64,000 bases of DNA, from the NCBI RefSeq assembly GCF_001194135.2, contig NC_069007.1, forward strand, positions 431,336-495,335. The letters run 5' to 3'. Shown here piece by piece: positions 14,353-27,289 of the stretch. The translations under genes and the position numbers were made by a program. The stretch's first letter is position 1; each line of letters opens with the position of its first letter. The notes beneath the pieces are model-generated. The model had not been told where the DNA came from. It was given only the letters and a program-made list of their open reading frames with translations, and searched no databases. The stretch comes from Octopus bimaculoides. Lineage: Eukaryota.

Positions 14353-14945
14353 CACCACCACCACTAACAACACAACTCCCTCCTGTACCACGAAATCCAC
14401 TCAGACGACCAACACCACCCAAGGCTATTTACCTCGTTATCAACAACCATTACAAAAAAAGAACAAAAGCAAAACATGAGTAGTCTCAGCAAGGACAAGT
14501 GTAAGCTTGAACGCCACTACATCCACCCTAACCACTGATATTACAAACACCACCACCACCACCACTACCTTAATACACCCGTTCTATGTATAAACCACAT
14601 CGATACAAAAATAACATGATCAAGGGTAAGTGTAACAAAGACTTCACCACCACCGCCACCACTAACAACAATACCCACCCCACCACCGCTATCACAACCA
14701 CCACCACCATCATCACTACCACAACCACCATCATCACCATTACCAACACTCATCGCTTTCCCTTTTCCCTTTCTCTTCATCATGAACATCTGCAACAGCA
14801 ACACAAGCAGCATTTGCATAAAGTCCACTGTTATCATCATCATCATCATCATCGCCATCATCATCCTCATCGTTATTACCACTATCATTATCCTCACCAC
14901 CACCACCATCACCGCCGCCGCCGCCGCCGCCGCCGCCAACTACAA
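14353..14945. repeat. Mixed trinucleotide low-complexity block (CAC/CAT/CAA/CCG)
   Basis: Runs of CAC, CAT and CCG produce the poly-T/H/R/A ORFs in the track. Confidence 0.85.
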
Positions 14946-16254
14946 CAACAGCAAATTCTGATGTTTCCTCATCAAAACACCATCGTTTTTCCCCTAATTA
15001 ATCAAACATCGACTTCCATCGTAATTGTATTTCAACTGGAGGTTGTAATTAGTGGAGCCAACAACAACAACAACATCATCAATAATCACAAGGACAGCAA
15101 CAATATTTCAAGAGAAAAAAATAAATAAACAAAAACAGAAGATAAACAGCAACAAATGTTCTCAGAAATATCTTCTTTTTTTTTTTTTAAATTGCATTTG
15201 CGAGAGAAATTATTCTTAGCAACGTATAACGAACAGCGGCACCGCACCGCCGCCACAATAAGCCCCCTTGTGCCTCCACTTCAACTCATCTTCGCAACCA
15301 ATACCATTACCGCTAACCAACCTTATAACAATATATGTACTCTATTACAATCATCATTAAACGTCACCATCATTACTATAATAGCAACAACAACAACAAC
15401 AACAGCTATGATAATTTCTTTTTTTTTATTTTATTTAATTTTATAATGATTCCAGAGAAATGGTTCGGCGGAAGCGTTGAAACGAAGAACAAATGCTTGG
15501 CGTAATTGTGTTCTGCGTTCTGAACGGTTTGCGTTCTAAGTTCACATCCTGTTGTAATCGATTTTACCTTTCGCCCTTCAGGAATCAATGAAATAAAGTA
15601 CCAGTCACATGCTACGGTCAATTCTTTTCTCTCTCTCTCCCCCTCTATCACTCTCAGCATAATGTGATCCTTGTCTCATTATTACCACGCCTGAAACCCG
15701 AGCAAGAGAAGGAAGTTGAGCTAAAGAGACAGGGACCACGTCTCCTGAAACCTACGACAACCGTCCAAAGAGACCCGGGGTAAAGTCATGGTAGCTGAGA
15801 GGCAGACCTACCAGACGCAGACAGAGGAGTGAGTGGCATAACACGGACTAGATTAGGGGCTGAAGATTTCAATAACCGACTTTTAGGTCGAACCAAAGAA
15901 TCTGTTTCCTTTACTAATGATATTTGTTACTTACATCGCCATTCAGATCTTCTATCGTGGGTTTTGAGCACCGAACACAAAGAACAGGGTGAGATGGTGC
16001 AAACCTCTGAGAATTAGCCAATCCACTGTCTTCAACTGCTACATTGTTTATCGGTCTCAAAATGCTGAATAGTGTCGTTGAAATTGATGCAATTTGAACC
16101 CGGTGTGTAGAGAAGCAGAGCAAATACCACAACACAATCTGTTAGGCTCTCAAAAAACTGTCAGTTCTGTGCCTTTATTAGAACTAATTTTAAGGATGCG
16201 ATCCAGCAGAATCGTCAACACACCGCAGAAAATGCTTAACAATATTTCGTCTAT

Positions 16255-16410
16255 ATTTACGTCCTGTGTTCAAATTCCAGCGCGGTCGACTTTGCTTTTC
16301 ATTACTTCAGGACCTATGAATGAGTTCGAGTCAACCACTAGGGTCGATGTAATCGATTAGAGTCCTCCCTCAAAATTTCAAGCCTAGTATCTGTATTAGA
16401 AAGGATTATT
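16255..16410 (+). mobile_element. SINE family A copy
   Basis: GTGTTCAAATTCCAGCGCGGTCGACTTTGC...GGGTCGATGTAATCGA...CAAAATTTCAAGCC. Confidence 0.75.
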
Positions 16411-16412
16411 AG

Positions 16413-16567
16413 AAATAATCTTATGTTAATCTGTATAAATCATAATAATCTTATTTTAATCTCTATAAATTTCTATAATCTTACTTTAATCTTTGCAAAT
16501 TACAATAATCTTACTTTAAAATAAACTCTACCATCACAATAATTTCATTTTAATCTCTACAAACACA
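16413..16567. repeat. Degenerate ~30-bp minisatellite, about 5 copies
   Basis: Recurring AATAATCTTA(T/C)TTTAATCT(C/G)TA(T/C)AAA. Confidence 0.75.
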
Positions 16568-17960
16568 GTGACCTTTCCCTCCGCCAACTCTACTGCAATG
16601 GTGTCACCAGATTTTGGCGCAAAGCATGTCTATGTGGTTTTAACGGTACCAAGGAAAAGTGTCTCCAACGAGAGCTGGAGAGTGATTAGAACATTCTTAG
16701 TAAAATATAGTCGACAAAATCAATGTGGCAGGCCATTTAAAAAGTTGGGCGCTCCGTCTTATATCGACCCCATCCAGATTACATTATTTCATACATAACC
16801 CAATTGAGACATACGCAAGCCGTTACGGCCCCACCGTTCTTGATTGTTTTTATCTTTTTTTAATGACAGATGTAAACCTGATGCGATCAATATAAGTCAT
16901 AACTCACAACTGTTTAGTTCAGAAGACTCCATCTGTTGCCAGTTCCCAGCCTGGATTTCGATAGAAGAATAACACACTCCATTCATCACACATAAATACT
17001 ATGCAAGCCTCCCTTTAAACCACCACCACCACCACCACCGCCGCCGCCGCCGCCACCACCACCTCTAGCAGTCGATTGACCTGCTGGAAATAACAGCAAT
17101 ACTTTCGAGAGACACACTTGATAAACCACAAGCATAGATCTGGCAAATTTTTCTTGTCTTTTCTTTTACCATTTTTCAGATGAACCACAAGAAAATCAAC
17201 TGTTTACATATTTCCCTCAGCGCATCATAGCAAGTGACGTTCCTAGTTTTATAATCTATGCTAAATGTAAAGATTACTCACTCTATTAGTGTTCTATGGC
17301 ATTATTGTTGGTTCAGCGAGAAAGGAAGGCAACTGATTTCTTCATTCCTTATTAGGTTGAACAAGTATTGTTAGCTGAAAGTGTAGTCATTAAGAAAGAT
17401 GATCTACAGAGAGATATCAAATTGTTACAGAAAGTATTCTGGAGGTAATCGTTCCGAGTTCAAATCGTATCGTTGTAAACTTAATTCGTCGACCCATAAG
17501 TCTCAGTCAAGTAATAAGGCAGATTTCCGGTTATTCTATTTTTTTCTAATCTCTCATTATCGCAGAATCGGTTACCGTGCATTCTGAGGCAGACTTGGGG
17601 ACAGCTAACATTGTCCCTCGCTTCCAAGAAATGAAAAGATGATGGGCGAAAGGCCAGCAGTAATCACTTCTCGTTTAGCATGTTTCAAAGAAACACTCAC
17701 AAGAAATCGGAAATGGCGCATGCAAATGGACATGTTTTCTGAACGGGGCCTAGTGAATAATTGTTCATCGCATTTTATAGTTCGGAACGATTTAATTGTT
17801 CTGTCTTGGTGTCAAACAATATAGAAAAAGAGCTCTGCTTTTAAAACTGCAGCAACAAGCTCAATCTACAGAGGGTTCGTAAAAAACTGTCACCGGGAAA
17901 AAGAGATTCATTGGATCCTTATTGAAAAAAACAGGAGGTGCTGTTCGAATGTTTAAATAA

Positions 17961-18170
17961 TGGTTTCAAATTTTTTAACAAAGCAAGCAATTTCGGGGGA
18001 GGGATTAAGTCGATTACATCGACTCCAGTGCTCAACTGGCACTTATTTTATCGACCCCGAAAGAAATGAAGGGCAAAGTCGACCTCGGCGGAATTTGAAC
18101 TTAGAACGTAAAGGCGACGAAAGGCCGCTAAGCATTTCACCCGGCGAGCTAATAATTCTGCCAGCTCGCT
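17961..18170 (-). mobile_element. tRNA-derived SINE, family A (well-preserved copy)
   Basis: Minus strand has head GCGAGCTGGCAGAATT (A box) ... TAAGTTCAAATTCC (B box) and body GCCGAGGTCGACTTTGCCCTTCATTTCTTTCGGGGTCGAT. About 20 related copies or fragments occur in the window. Confidence 0.85.
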
Positions 18171-20282
18171 ACTTCATTTGTTTAAAATGATACGAAGGTG
18201 GTTTGTTTAGCATCATTGGTATGAACATCAAGACTAAACACATTAACATTCAAGGATTGTAATTAACATGTAACCAGTTAGTAATTCGGAAAAAAATATC
18301 ATCGAATGGCCGTGGATGAAATAGTTGGTTTAAGTAACAAACATCATAAGTTGGCCCAGTATATATGGTGACGTGGGTTCGTAATCAAGAGATATCGCGT
18401 TCGATTTCTGCACTCAGTATCTTGGCCATGTTTTTTTTCTTTTATCGCAGCCTCAAATTAAGTCAAGCCTTATAACTAAGGGTGAATTGTACCTGCATTT
18501 TAAAAGTTCAACTTTGTCACATGTGTCGTGCTGAAGATTATACTAAAGGATACTCTCATTTCTATGGAATATGCAGCCACTGATGAGTTAATTCAAGGAA
18601 TTCTTTGATCAAACAACTGAACACTGAATGCAGACTTTGGCAGATATTGATTCTTTCAAGATATCCTTGTTCACTGGTTTCTGGCCTTGTTACAACGAAT
18701 TTTCTCTGAAGAATTATCATTAATATTATCAAATGGACAATTTAGTTTTAAAACGGGGTCAAAATGGGAGGGTAATCGACAGTGTAAAAATAATCTGACC
18801 ATAAATTTAAATGATAAAAAATAAGGGTGGATTTGATTATTTGTGATATGTTTTAAGCAGTCGAAGTAGCTCTGGAAGGGTTTTATGATTTGATTCGGGC
18901 AAAATGGGTTTGGAATATCGACTGGATCGCCATCACGTTTATCTTCGATAATAACAACAACAAAGACAGGAAAATTATGTTTTGAAAATGGTAAAAAAGA
19001 CAAGATGGCCACAGTTGGCGCGTCTTTCTACACAGATCTATCGACCAGGAACTGAGCAGGGCTTAAACGGTAGCAATGCCAGCTATAACAGCTAAAACAA
19101 AAACCACTGCAGCAAAACTTCAAAGCTAACACGACAACTATTACCGCACTGCCCCTGCCACCACCACCACCACCACCATCGACACCAACAACTGCAGCAG
19201 CAGCAGCAGAAGAGACAACAATAGGAAAGTTTAATCACTTTAAGACAATTAAATAAATTTTAATTTCATTCTCCATAATTAATAACTCCTTCCTCTCCCT
19301 AGATTTTCTTTCATCTTTCACTTGGAATCTCTGCTCGTGTGTGTGTGTATGTGTGTATGGTGTGTGTGTATGGTGTGTGTGTATGTGTGTATGGTGTGTG
19401 TGTGTGTGTATGTGTGTGCTGGAATGCGATTGTGTGGTGCTGGTGCTGAGTGTGTTTGTGAGCGATTGGGAGAGAGAGAGAGAGACAGAGAGAAAGAAAG
19501 GAAGGGAGAAATGGAGACGGAGAATAGGGCAGAAGAGGACAAAGAGAGAAAGAGAGAGAGAGAGAGAGTGGGAGAGTAGATCGAGTTCTTGATTGGTATT
19601 TTATTTCATCGATCCCAGAAGGATGAAAGGTAAAGTTGACATCGGGGCTATTTGAACTCAGAACCTAAAGGGACGGAATAAAATGCCGACTTTGTCAGTT
19701 TAGTGTTCTTACTGTCTCCTCATAATGATTTCTAGATTTGACGCAAGACCGTTTCCTTAAGCAATAAACTTCACGCATTTGTGTGCGAGGCTCAGCACCT
19801 TTCTTGTCTTTATGGAAATAAAAGAAGCAAAATATGGCGAAAATGTTCGTTTTTGCACTCCATGTTAAAACTGACACTGAACTAACAGATTTAAACAAAA
19901 TTACGCGCAATTCGCTTCTAAAGTAAGTTTAAAGTAACGGCTACCAAATGTGAAAGAGAAAAAATATCATAACATTGACAAAAGTCATTCAAAAATATTG
20001 TAACTATTTGCAAAAAACGAAATTACTTTCTTGCTAAGCCAATATACCACAGACTCCAGAAAAATAAATTGCTGAATCAACCTCAGAAAAATTTGAACTC
20101 GGAATCTCCGGCTAAGAGCCACCACGGGTCATTTTAACAGCCACTCTAACAATTTGGCAACTGCGCCTCATTTCTGTATAGAAGTAATATTGATTGAATC
20201 AAGATTTATGGGGGAAAGTAGAGAGAGACAATGGAATTTATCACATTCATATATATGTACGAATGTACCAACGTATGTATGG

Positions 20283-20325
<43 letters not shown>

Positions 20326-20686
20326 TCGGTGTCTAGACTATAGTTAAACAATTTATTTGAATTAAAAATACATAAAAATATCAATGTGTGTATTTGTTAT
20401 TTGGTTTACGTCGACAACAGCAACATCGGCAACGAGAACTGAAGAATTACGCAAGGAAGACAAAACAATATTCTAGTACTTTCTTACTTTTGCTGGTTAT
20501 ACACACACATGCACACATATATATATATATATATATACATACATACACACACAAACACATACACACGTATTTATATGCTTATCCATATATGTATATACAC
20601 ATATATATTACATAAATATAGTAACATGACACTATTAGCAGACATGCTCACATACACATATATATGCGTATGGAAACATGTGTATT

Positions 20687-20747
<61 letters not shown>

Positions 20748-20818
20748 NNNNNNNNNNNNNNNNNNNNNNNNNNNNNNNNNNNNNNNNNNNNNNNNNNNNN
20801 NNNNNNNNNNNNNNNNNN

Positions 20819-21083
20819 CATTTTGGAGAGGGTGCAAATCCATTAGATCGATCCCCAGTACGCAACTGGTACTTAATTTATCGACCCTGAAGGGATCAAA
20901 GACAAAGTCGACCTCGGCGAAATTTGAACACAGAGCATAAAGACAGAGTTCAAATTCCGCCGAGGTAGACTTTGTCTTTTATCCTTTCGAGGTCTATAAA
21001 TTCATTACCAATGGAACACCGGGGTCGATCTAATCGACTGGTCCCCTCCCGCAAAATTTCGGGTCTTGTGCTTAGAGTAGAAA
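20819..21083. mobile_element. Two family A SINE bodies fused head-to-head as a near-palindrome
   Basis: A minus copy at 20819-20931 and a plus copy at 20946-21083 are both cut at the B box, with a 14-nt spacer between them. Confidence 0.85.
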
Positions 21084-22050
21084 AATATATGTATGTATAT
21101 ATATATATATAGCATATAAAAGAAGTAGAATATATAAATGTGCAAGTGTGAGTTAGACAAGACACCTGGCTGTAAAACGTCAGAGGCAGGAATCGAAATA
21201 AATCAGGTGGATTACTTAAGAACAGATTAACGAACATCACTGTGACTTAATAGATTACTATCTTGTCTTGCATGCATACTCAGGATACCCCTCTTCTGAT
21301 TCTCTCCCCCTCTTTTCCGTGTATAACAACATTGCTCATTGCACATTCTGTTTTCAATGTGCAGTTGTTAGAAACACGAATTCATGTCCGGAGAATAACA
21401 CAGAATAAATAAATACAAATATATGTTCATTTTAAAGCGTCTAACCAGTCTATACTTTATAGGATTTCCGCAAATGTACCGTTTTTATTTCAGTATACTA
21501 ATGCATTAAGTTTCAATGTATTTTCATATCCATCGAGCTTTCTCTTCAAACGTTTTACACAAACGAATGTTTCGGTTACGCTCGCAAAATAGCAATTTCA
21601 TATTCCACGCACGTACACACATTCACAAACACGTATACAAATACACACACATATATATATATATATGTGTCGTGGGTGACTGGGAGACAGAGTCAGATAG
21701 AGAGACAAATAGTAAAACCAGAAGGCCAGGAGTGTGTAAGACATGGACAGAGATGGGATGGGGGTGGGAGAAAAGATTTAGAATCGCTAAACAAAATATA
21801 TTGTCTTTATTCTTCTTTCGTTGTATTTAATGTGTCTATTTCTTTGTGTTGCGCTGGAAAAAATTACTATGCTGGGAATTTATTCTAGGACAACTAATTA
21901 CAGTTCAATGGATGAACTGTAATTTCCTCCATACACAGATATACACACATATACATACATATCTGTCTTTCTGTCTAGTTCACTTTACGTGCACACACGT
22001 ATATATGTGTAGCGTGACTGTGGATATGTATTTACACTCACACAGATGAA

Positions 22051-22085
<35 letters not shown>

Positions 22086-22381
22086 GCCCCGCTTTCCCGG
22101 GAATTACCAGGTACGTCAGCTAGTATCTATCTATCTATCTATCTTATCTATCTATCTGCATAGATATGTATATATAAAATTAGTTATATAAAATAGAAGC
22201 CTAAATATATACATGCATACCTACATATCTACACACAGATACATACATACATACATACATTCGTACGTGTGTACATATATACGTATGCTTCGAAAGTGCT
22301 TCGAAACCTCCAGCTTCTATATCGAAATTGTAAATTCCTAGTTCATCCACAACTTGCACTCAGGAATGCTCTCATGATTGT

Positions 22382-22446
22382 ACTCACGGCTGCACTCACA
22401 ACTCCACTCATGGCTGCACTCACAACTCCACTCATGGCTGCACTTA
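22382..22446. repeat. 24-bp tandem repeat, 2.7 copies
   Basis: Unit ACTCATGGCTGCACTCACAACTCC (first copy has C instead of T at position 6). Confidence 0.9.
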
Positions 22447-22559
22447 CGACGGAATGGATTGAAGTTGAATTCAAGATTAGCACAGGAGATTGGAACTTTC
22501 AGTTTCGTCTCTTCTACAGCTGTTGTTTTTGCTATTATTGTCCTTGTTTTTAAAGTGAA

Positions 22560-22815
22560 GACCTGTGGTCTAATGACTAGAGTGTTACACTCACGATCGC
22601 AGGATCGGGGTTTCAATTCTGGGACTGGTCGCCGTGTTGTGTTCTTGAGCAAAAGACTTAATTTTCACTTTGCTCTTGTTGACTCAACTATAAACGAGTA
22701 ACACTATGACGTGTTGACATCACATTGAAAGGGAAGGTTGTGATTTCGGTCCCATACACGACATGGAAATCAGGTAACAGGCCCTATGAGTTCTGGAACT
22801 CGAGACTGTAATATC
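22560..22815 (+). mobile_element. SINE, same family as 7400-7640, opposite strand
   Basis: GTGGTCTAATGACTAGAG...GGGTTTCAATTCTGGG...GTGTTCTTGAGCAAAAGAC...CAGGCCCTATGAG. Confidence 0.65.
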
Positions 22816-23409
22816 CAGTTGTTGAAGATTATAATGTTCATGTTGATATCATTGTCATTAATGCAAATGTATACCAAGTGAACCTGAATTGATGAATCTA
22901 CGATGAGGCAATTGTAGAAGTAACATATATGACCCACATTATCTAAAGAGTCTATCCCTAATTATCTGCCTTTATTGCCAAACAAAGTGTATCTAGGTCC
23001 ATGTTAGTCCAAATAGTCTGTCTCTAGCTTTAAAAGACGGCGGGCCTTGGACTAAGACAACATTGCCTATTATTTCTAGCAAGTTGCACACCCACACGAC
23101 CGAACGCTGTACGTCTTGGCTTGGCAGGTTGTATCTATTAATCTAGTCAAGCAACGAAGAAGCCACATATCTTTGAAGATTCAATTGGGATCTTTTGAAA
23201 CAAATAACTTTTTTAAAAGAGACATTTGTACTGCATCATTCGAGTTGATTAATTTTAATTAAAACCTATTTCGGTCGATTTTAGGAAAAAAACTATCAAT
23301 AACCTCTTTATCTACACCTGTAACTGCTTCTTAAAAGTAAATACAAGTGTGTCTAAAACAGAAATCCGAAGAAATATTCGTAAATAATTTAATGTTCGTT
23401 CTTCATTTT

Positions 23410-23800
23410 ATTAGTTTTTACTTGTTTCAAGCATTGGCCTGCGGCCATGCTACAGTACAGCCTCGAACGATTTAATCGAACAGGTCAACTTCAGCACTTC
23501 ATTTATTTATTTATTTAAATATTTATTTTTGAAGTCTGGTAATTGTATCTGGTAATTCTTTTGCCAAACTGATTAAACTGGTCAATACCAAGTTGTGAAG
23601 CGATGATGAGGACAAACACAAACGCAAAAAGACACATATTTATATTTAGATATACACGATGGGCTTCCACAGAGTTTTCTTCAACCGTGCATTAGCCAGC
23701 TTGGTGCTATATAACACTCTTGCCCACGGTGCCAGTCACAGGGACTGAACCCAAAACTTTGTGTTTGCAAAGCGACCGTCTTAACCAAGAGCCAAGCCTG
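23410..23800 (-). mobile_element. SINE family B, long form
   Basis: TTGTTTCAAGCATTGGCCTGCGGCCATGC...GGGACTGAACCC...TTAACCAAGAGCC. Confidence 0.7.
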
Positions 23801-24742
23801 CGACTACAAGAGTAACAGACGTTACGGTACGGAAGGGTTGGAAATATTTTTCCGAAATTCTTCCACATTAATTTACTTAAGTTTAAATTTAGGGAAAAAT
23901 ATTTTTACCAACGTAAATTCTTAGCGAACTGCAGCCTTGTTAGGGGACAGGGAATTTCAATGCGGTCTTCCAACAAAGATCCACATCTACACTCTTCTAC
24001 TTTCTTCAAGGCAGATGTGAGAGAAGAAGCCGGGAATCATATAATTTTTTTTAATGACTATCTCATAATTTTCTCATTTTTTCGGCGAAAAAGAAGCGAA
24101 ATATAAAACTAAATAAATAAATACAAAAAGATATTTTCGCAGACACTGAAACAATGAAGTAATCTACCGGGGCGTCGTTGAAGTAATTAGAAACTATGGC
24201 TAATCAATCAATCTGCCAACAGGACATATATTCAACCATTATACACTACTCAAGATATATACTGTACACTAATTCAATATCCATACATACATACATACGT
24301 AAGTCGTACATACATACAAATGTACACACACACACAAATACTAGACATGGCATTGGTATATAGGAATATACCATGTTATCTGAAATCAATATTTTTAATT
24401 GCTTAATAAAGTTTTATACAATCTCATGCTAATTTTAAAGTTCGGTGAAAGTAAGGACTTGCTCAGCTGAGGAAAACTAATAAGACTGGAGCAAATGCTT
24501 TGTAATATTTGTTGCGACTCTTTAAATAATGAATTCTTGGCTGGCAAACTTAACCTGTCTGCCCGTGTAGCATCCTCATTCTTACAAGCATTCGGATAAG
24601 GTCTCCACTTGAAGGGTAACTCACTACGGCGGCAGCGGTTGTGGTGGTGGTGTAGGCATAATGACCCTCCCAAGAGAGCAAAATTCTGGAAATGTTATAG
24701 TCTTGAAAATGTGTACCCACCATTGTGATACTGTGGTATCGA

Positions 24743-24970
24743 GCGTTACCATGGAGACGAGGGTCTTATCAAATTACCATGAAGTTGAGGCAAGTGTTGC
24801 CATGGAGTCGTGATGTTCAACGCTACCACCACGTGGTATAAAAACATATATTACCACGAAGGAGTTGTGTCAACCATTTTTCTATTTATTTTAATTCCAT
24901 GAAGATGAAATCTCGGTCTTCCATGATGATAAAATCTCAACTATTTCCATGAAGCTGCAGATCAACCAGC
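24743..24970. promoter_or_regulatory. Degenerate tandem array whose unit core is an RFX X-box-like motif
   Basis: GTTACCATGGAGAC (24745-24758) fits GTTRCCATGGNRAC; GTTGCCATGGAGTC (24796-24809) has one mismatch. Several weaker TT(A/C)CCATGA(A/T)G units are spaced about 25-45 nt apart. Confidence 0.4.
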
Positions 24971-25462
24971 TTCGAAATATCGACAAACATATCAAAAAGA
25001 AAGAAACAAACAAAAGAAACAATAACAAAACACTGTCGATATTATAGAAAGCTTGCTTTTCTCTCAGGCATAGATAATACGATTATATTGACATTAGCTG
25101 TGTATTAAATACCTGGATATGGGCCTCAGATATTTGCTTTAAAAAATTCGCAAGCTTAAATATATCTCCAATAATGAAGAGTATGTTTGTTTCTGGATCA
25201 ATGTAACTTTGAACCATGCTATTATTATTATTATTATCATTATTATTAAGAGCTTAGATGATATTTGGAGAGCTTTTGATACCATTTACCAGTTTCCCAA
25301 ATGCAAAGCTATTTACAAGGTCAGATCAATGACGCATGAGGCTTTACTAAATTATATACTGTACATATGCTTGGTCAAGGGCTCGATCCCCGAAAACTCT
25401 ACTTGGGGGAGTCATTTCTTTCCAGTATAACATCGGGTTCACCAATTCCTTGTCGGGTACAT

Positions 25463-25519
<57 letters not shown>

Positions 25520-25835
25520 GAAACACTTCCGTAGGTGAAGACTAGCTCAGGGAAAGCGTACAGGGTAAGGGTCGAAACGCTTGTGACCCTGAGATACCAG
25601 TAGACAATACTTAAGGGTTTTCAACGTTGTAATGGATTCAGAAGTGCTTGCAAAACATTTGAGAAGCTCCTGCAGTTTCAGCGCGGGTAAAGCATCATCG
25701 AGGTTTATTTCACCTGTCTGTCTGTCTGTCTGTCTATTTGTCCGACCATCAGTCTGTCTGCCTGTCCGTCTGTCTGGCTGGTAAAAATAAATGGTTCGTA
25801 TACAGCATTTCGAATGTCTATGAGAGAGCTAACTG

Positions 25836-26149
25836 GAGTTCGATCGCTTACAACGACGGCGGTTCCAGTTGATCTGATCACTAGAACAGCCTGCACGTGA
25901 AATTAACGTGCAAGTGGCTGAGCACTCCACTGACTCACGTACCCTTAACATAGTCCTCAGCAAGATTCAACAAGACACAAAATGCGAGAAGGCCGGCCTT
26001 TTGAAATAAAGGTACTTTCCATTTTTTCCAGCTGAGTGAACTGGACCAACGTGAAATAAAGTGTCGTGCTCAAGGACAAAACGTGCCTCCGGGAAATAAA
26101 CACAGAACCTTGCAATCGTGAGTCGAATGCCCTAACGGTTAAGCCACCC
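25836..26149 (-). mobile_element. SINE with family C tail and an alternative (CORE-like) head
   Basis: Shares the GGTTCCAGTTGATC...CAAGTGGCTGAGCACTCC tail, but the head region (GGACCAACGTGAAATAAAGTGTCGTGCTCAAGGAC) resembles 7500-7640 and 22560-22700. Confidence 0.7.
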
Positions 26150-26526
26150 GTTTTCACGAGAGAACTATTGTATCGTTGAATAACTGTATCTGATTTCGTC
26201 GATTTCATGAATGAAGAAACTAAACAAAATACTGCAGATATCAATGAAAAGAAGAAAAAAAGACAAAAAAACCCATGTAGGAACTAATCATATTATAGAC
26301 GTATGAAATGAATGATTAAAACCGGACTAAATGCTAACAATAACGTAATAGGCATTAATGCCCTCGATGTTGTAATAATGTGCAATCGTTTATTATAGTT
26401 TGATTTGGGATTTAAGTGATTTGGAAAGCGGAATCAGAAAACTAATTAAAATAATTGATATCATTTGCAGCGAACCAACCTAAAGCGGACAAGTAATACA
26501 CATGCACAAACGCGCACGCGTGCACA

Positions 26527-26562
<36 letters not shown>

Positions 26563-27289
26563 TACACAGAACTTTCTGACACTGATTAGGAAACAATTAC
26601 TGTCGATCTGAACAACCTCAACAGCAACTGGTCAGAGCTGGTAAGAATTTGAACTGCGAAAATGAAACGAAATAATTAAATGCCTCAAGGAATATTGCCA
26701 AGGGAGATTTTCTAGGAATAATGATTTCTTACATAATTACACGGTTTTTGATCAGACTGACCTCAATAACTGACAGGAAATTATTGTCATAATCGGCTCA
26801 CTGATATTTGCATGTAAAATTTCAAGGTTGACATTACAGAATTATGTCCATCATTCTACCGATTCTGCCTGTCTTAATATTTGGCGCTGATCAGATTTGA
26901 ACCCAGGACGTAGTGGGATACAAAGAAATGACGGGTGGTATGTAATGCAACGACCTGCATTTCATTCTCTGGTTTGGAAAAGTGGAATTGTTAAAATGTC
27001 GAAGAGAGTCGTGGTGATGCTGGATTAAAAAAGAGCCTTCAAGCGTCGGAAACATACCTTGTAGTATTTATTCCGACAAAATATAATGCAGCGTTTGCAC
27101 TATTCTGAATTCAAATCACGCCGGGATCAAATCTGTGCTTCGTTCTTCACCGCGGACAGATAAAATAAAACTCTGTTCGAAAGCTGAACTTGATTAAATC
27201 GACTTCTATTTAATATATAGACTGGTGCCTGAGTAAGTACCCTTATTTGAAGCCAAGTTAAACCACTTATCAATCTTTCCATCTCTACA

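Noticed and set aside
13613-14483. 200-320 aa ORFs containing X runs (also 8736, 31761, 47496, 52659, 54504, 59041)
   Set aside because: They stay open only because they cross N gaps.
17150-17290. Strong plus-strand acceptor TTTTTCAG|ATG at 17179/17180
   Set aside because: No good donor follows before stops, no branch point is evident, and there is no partner plus-strand exon.
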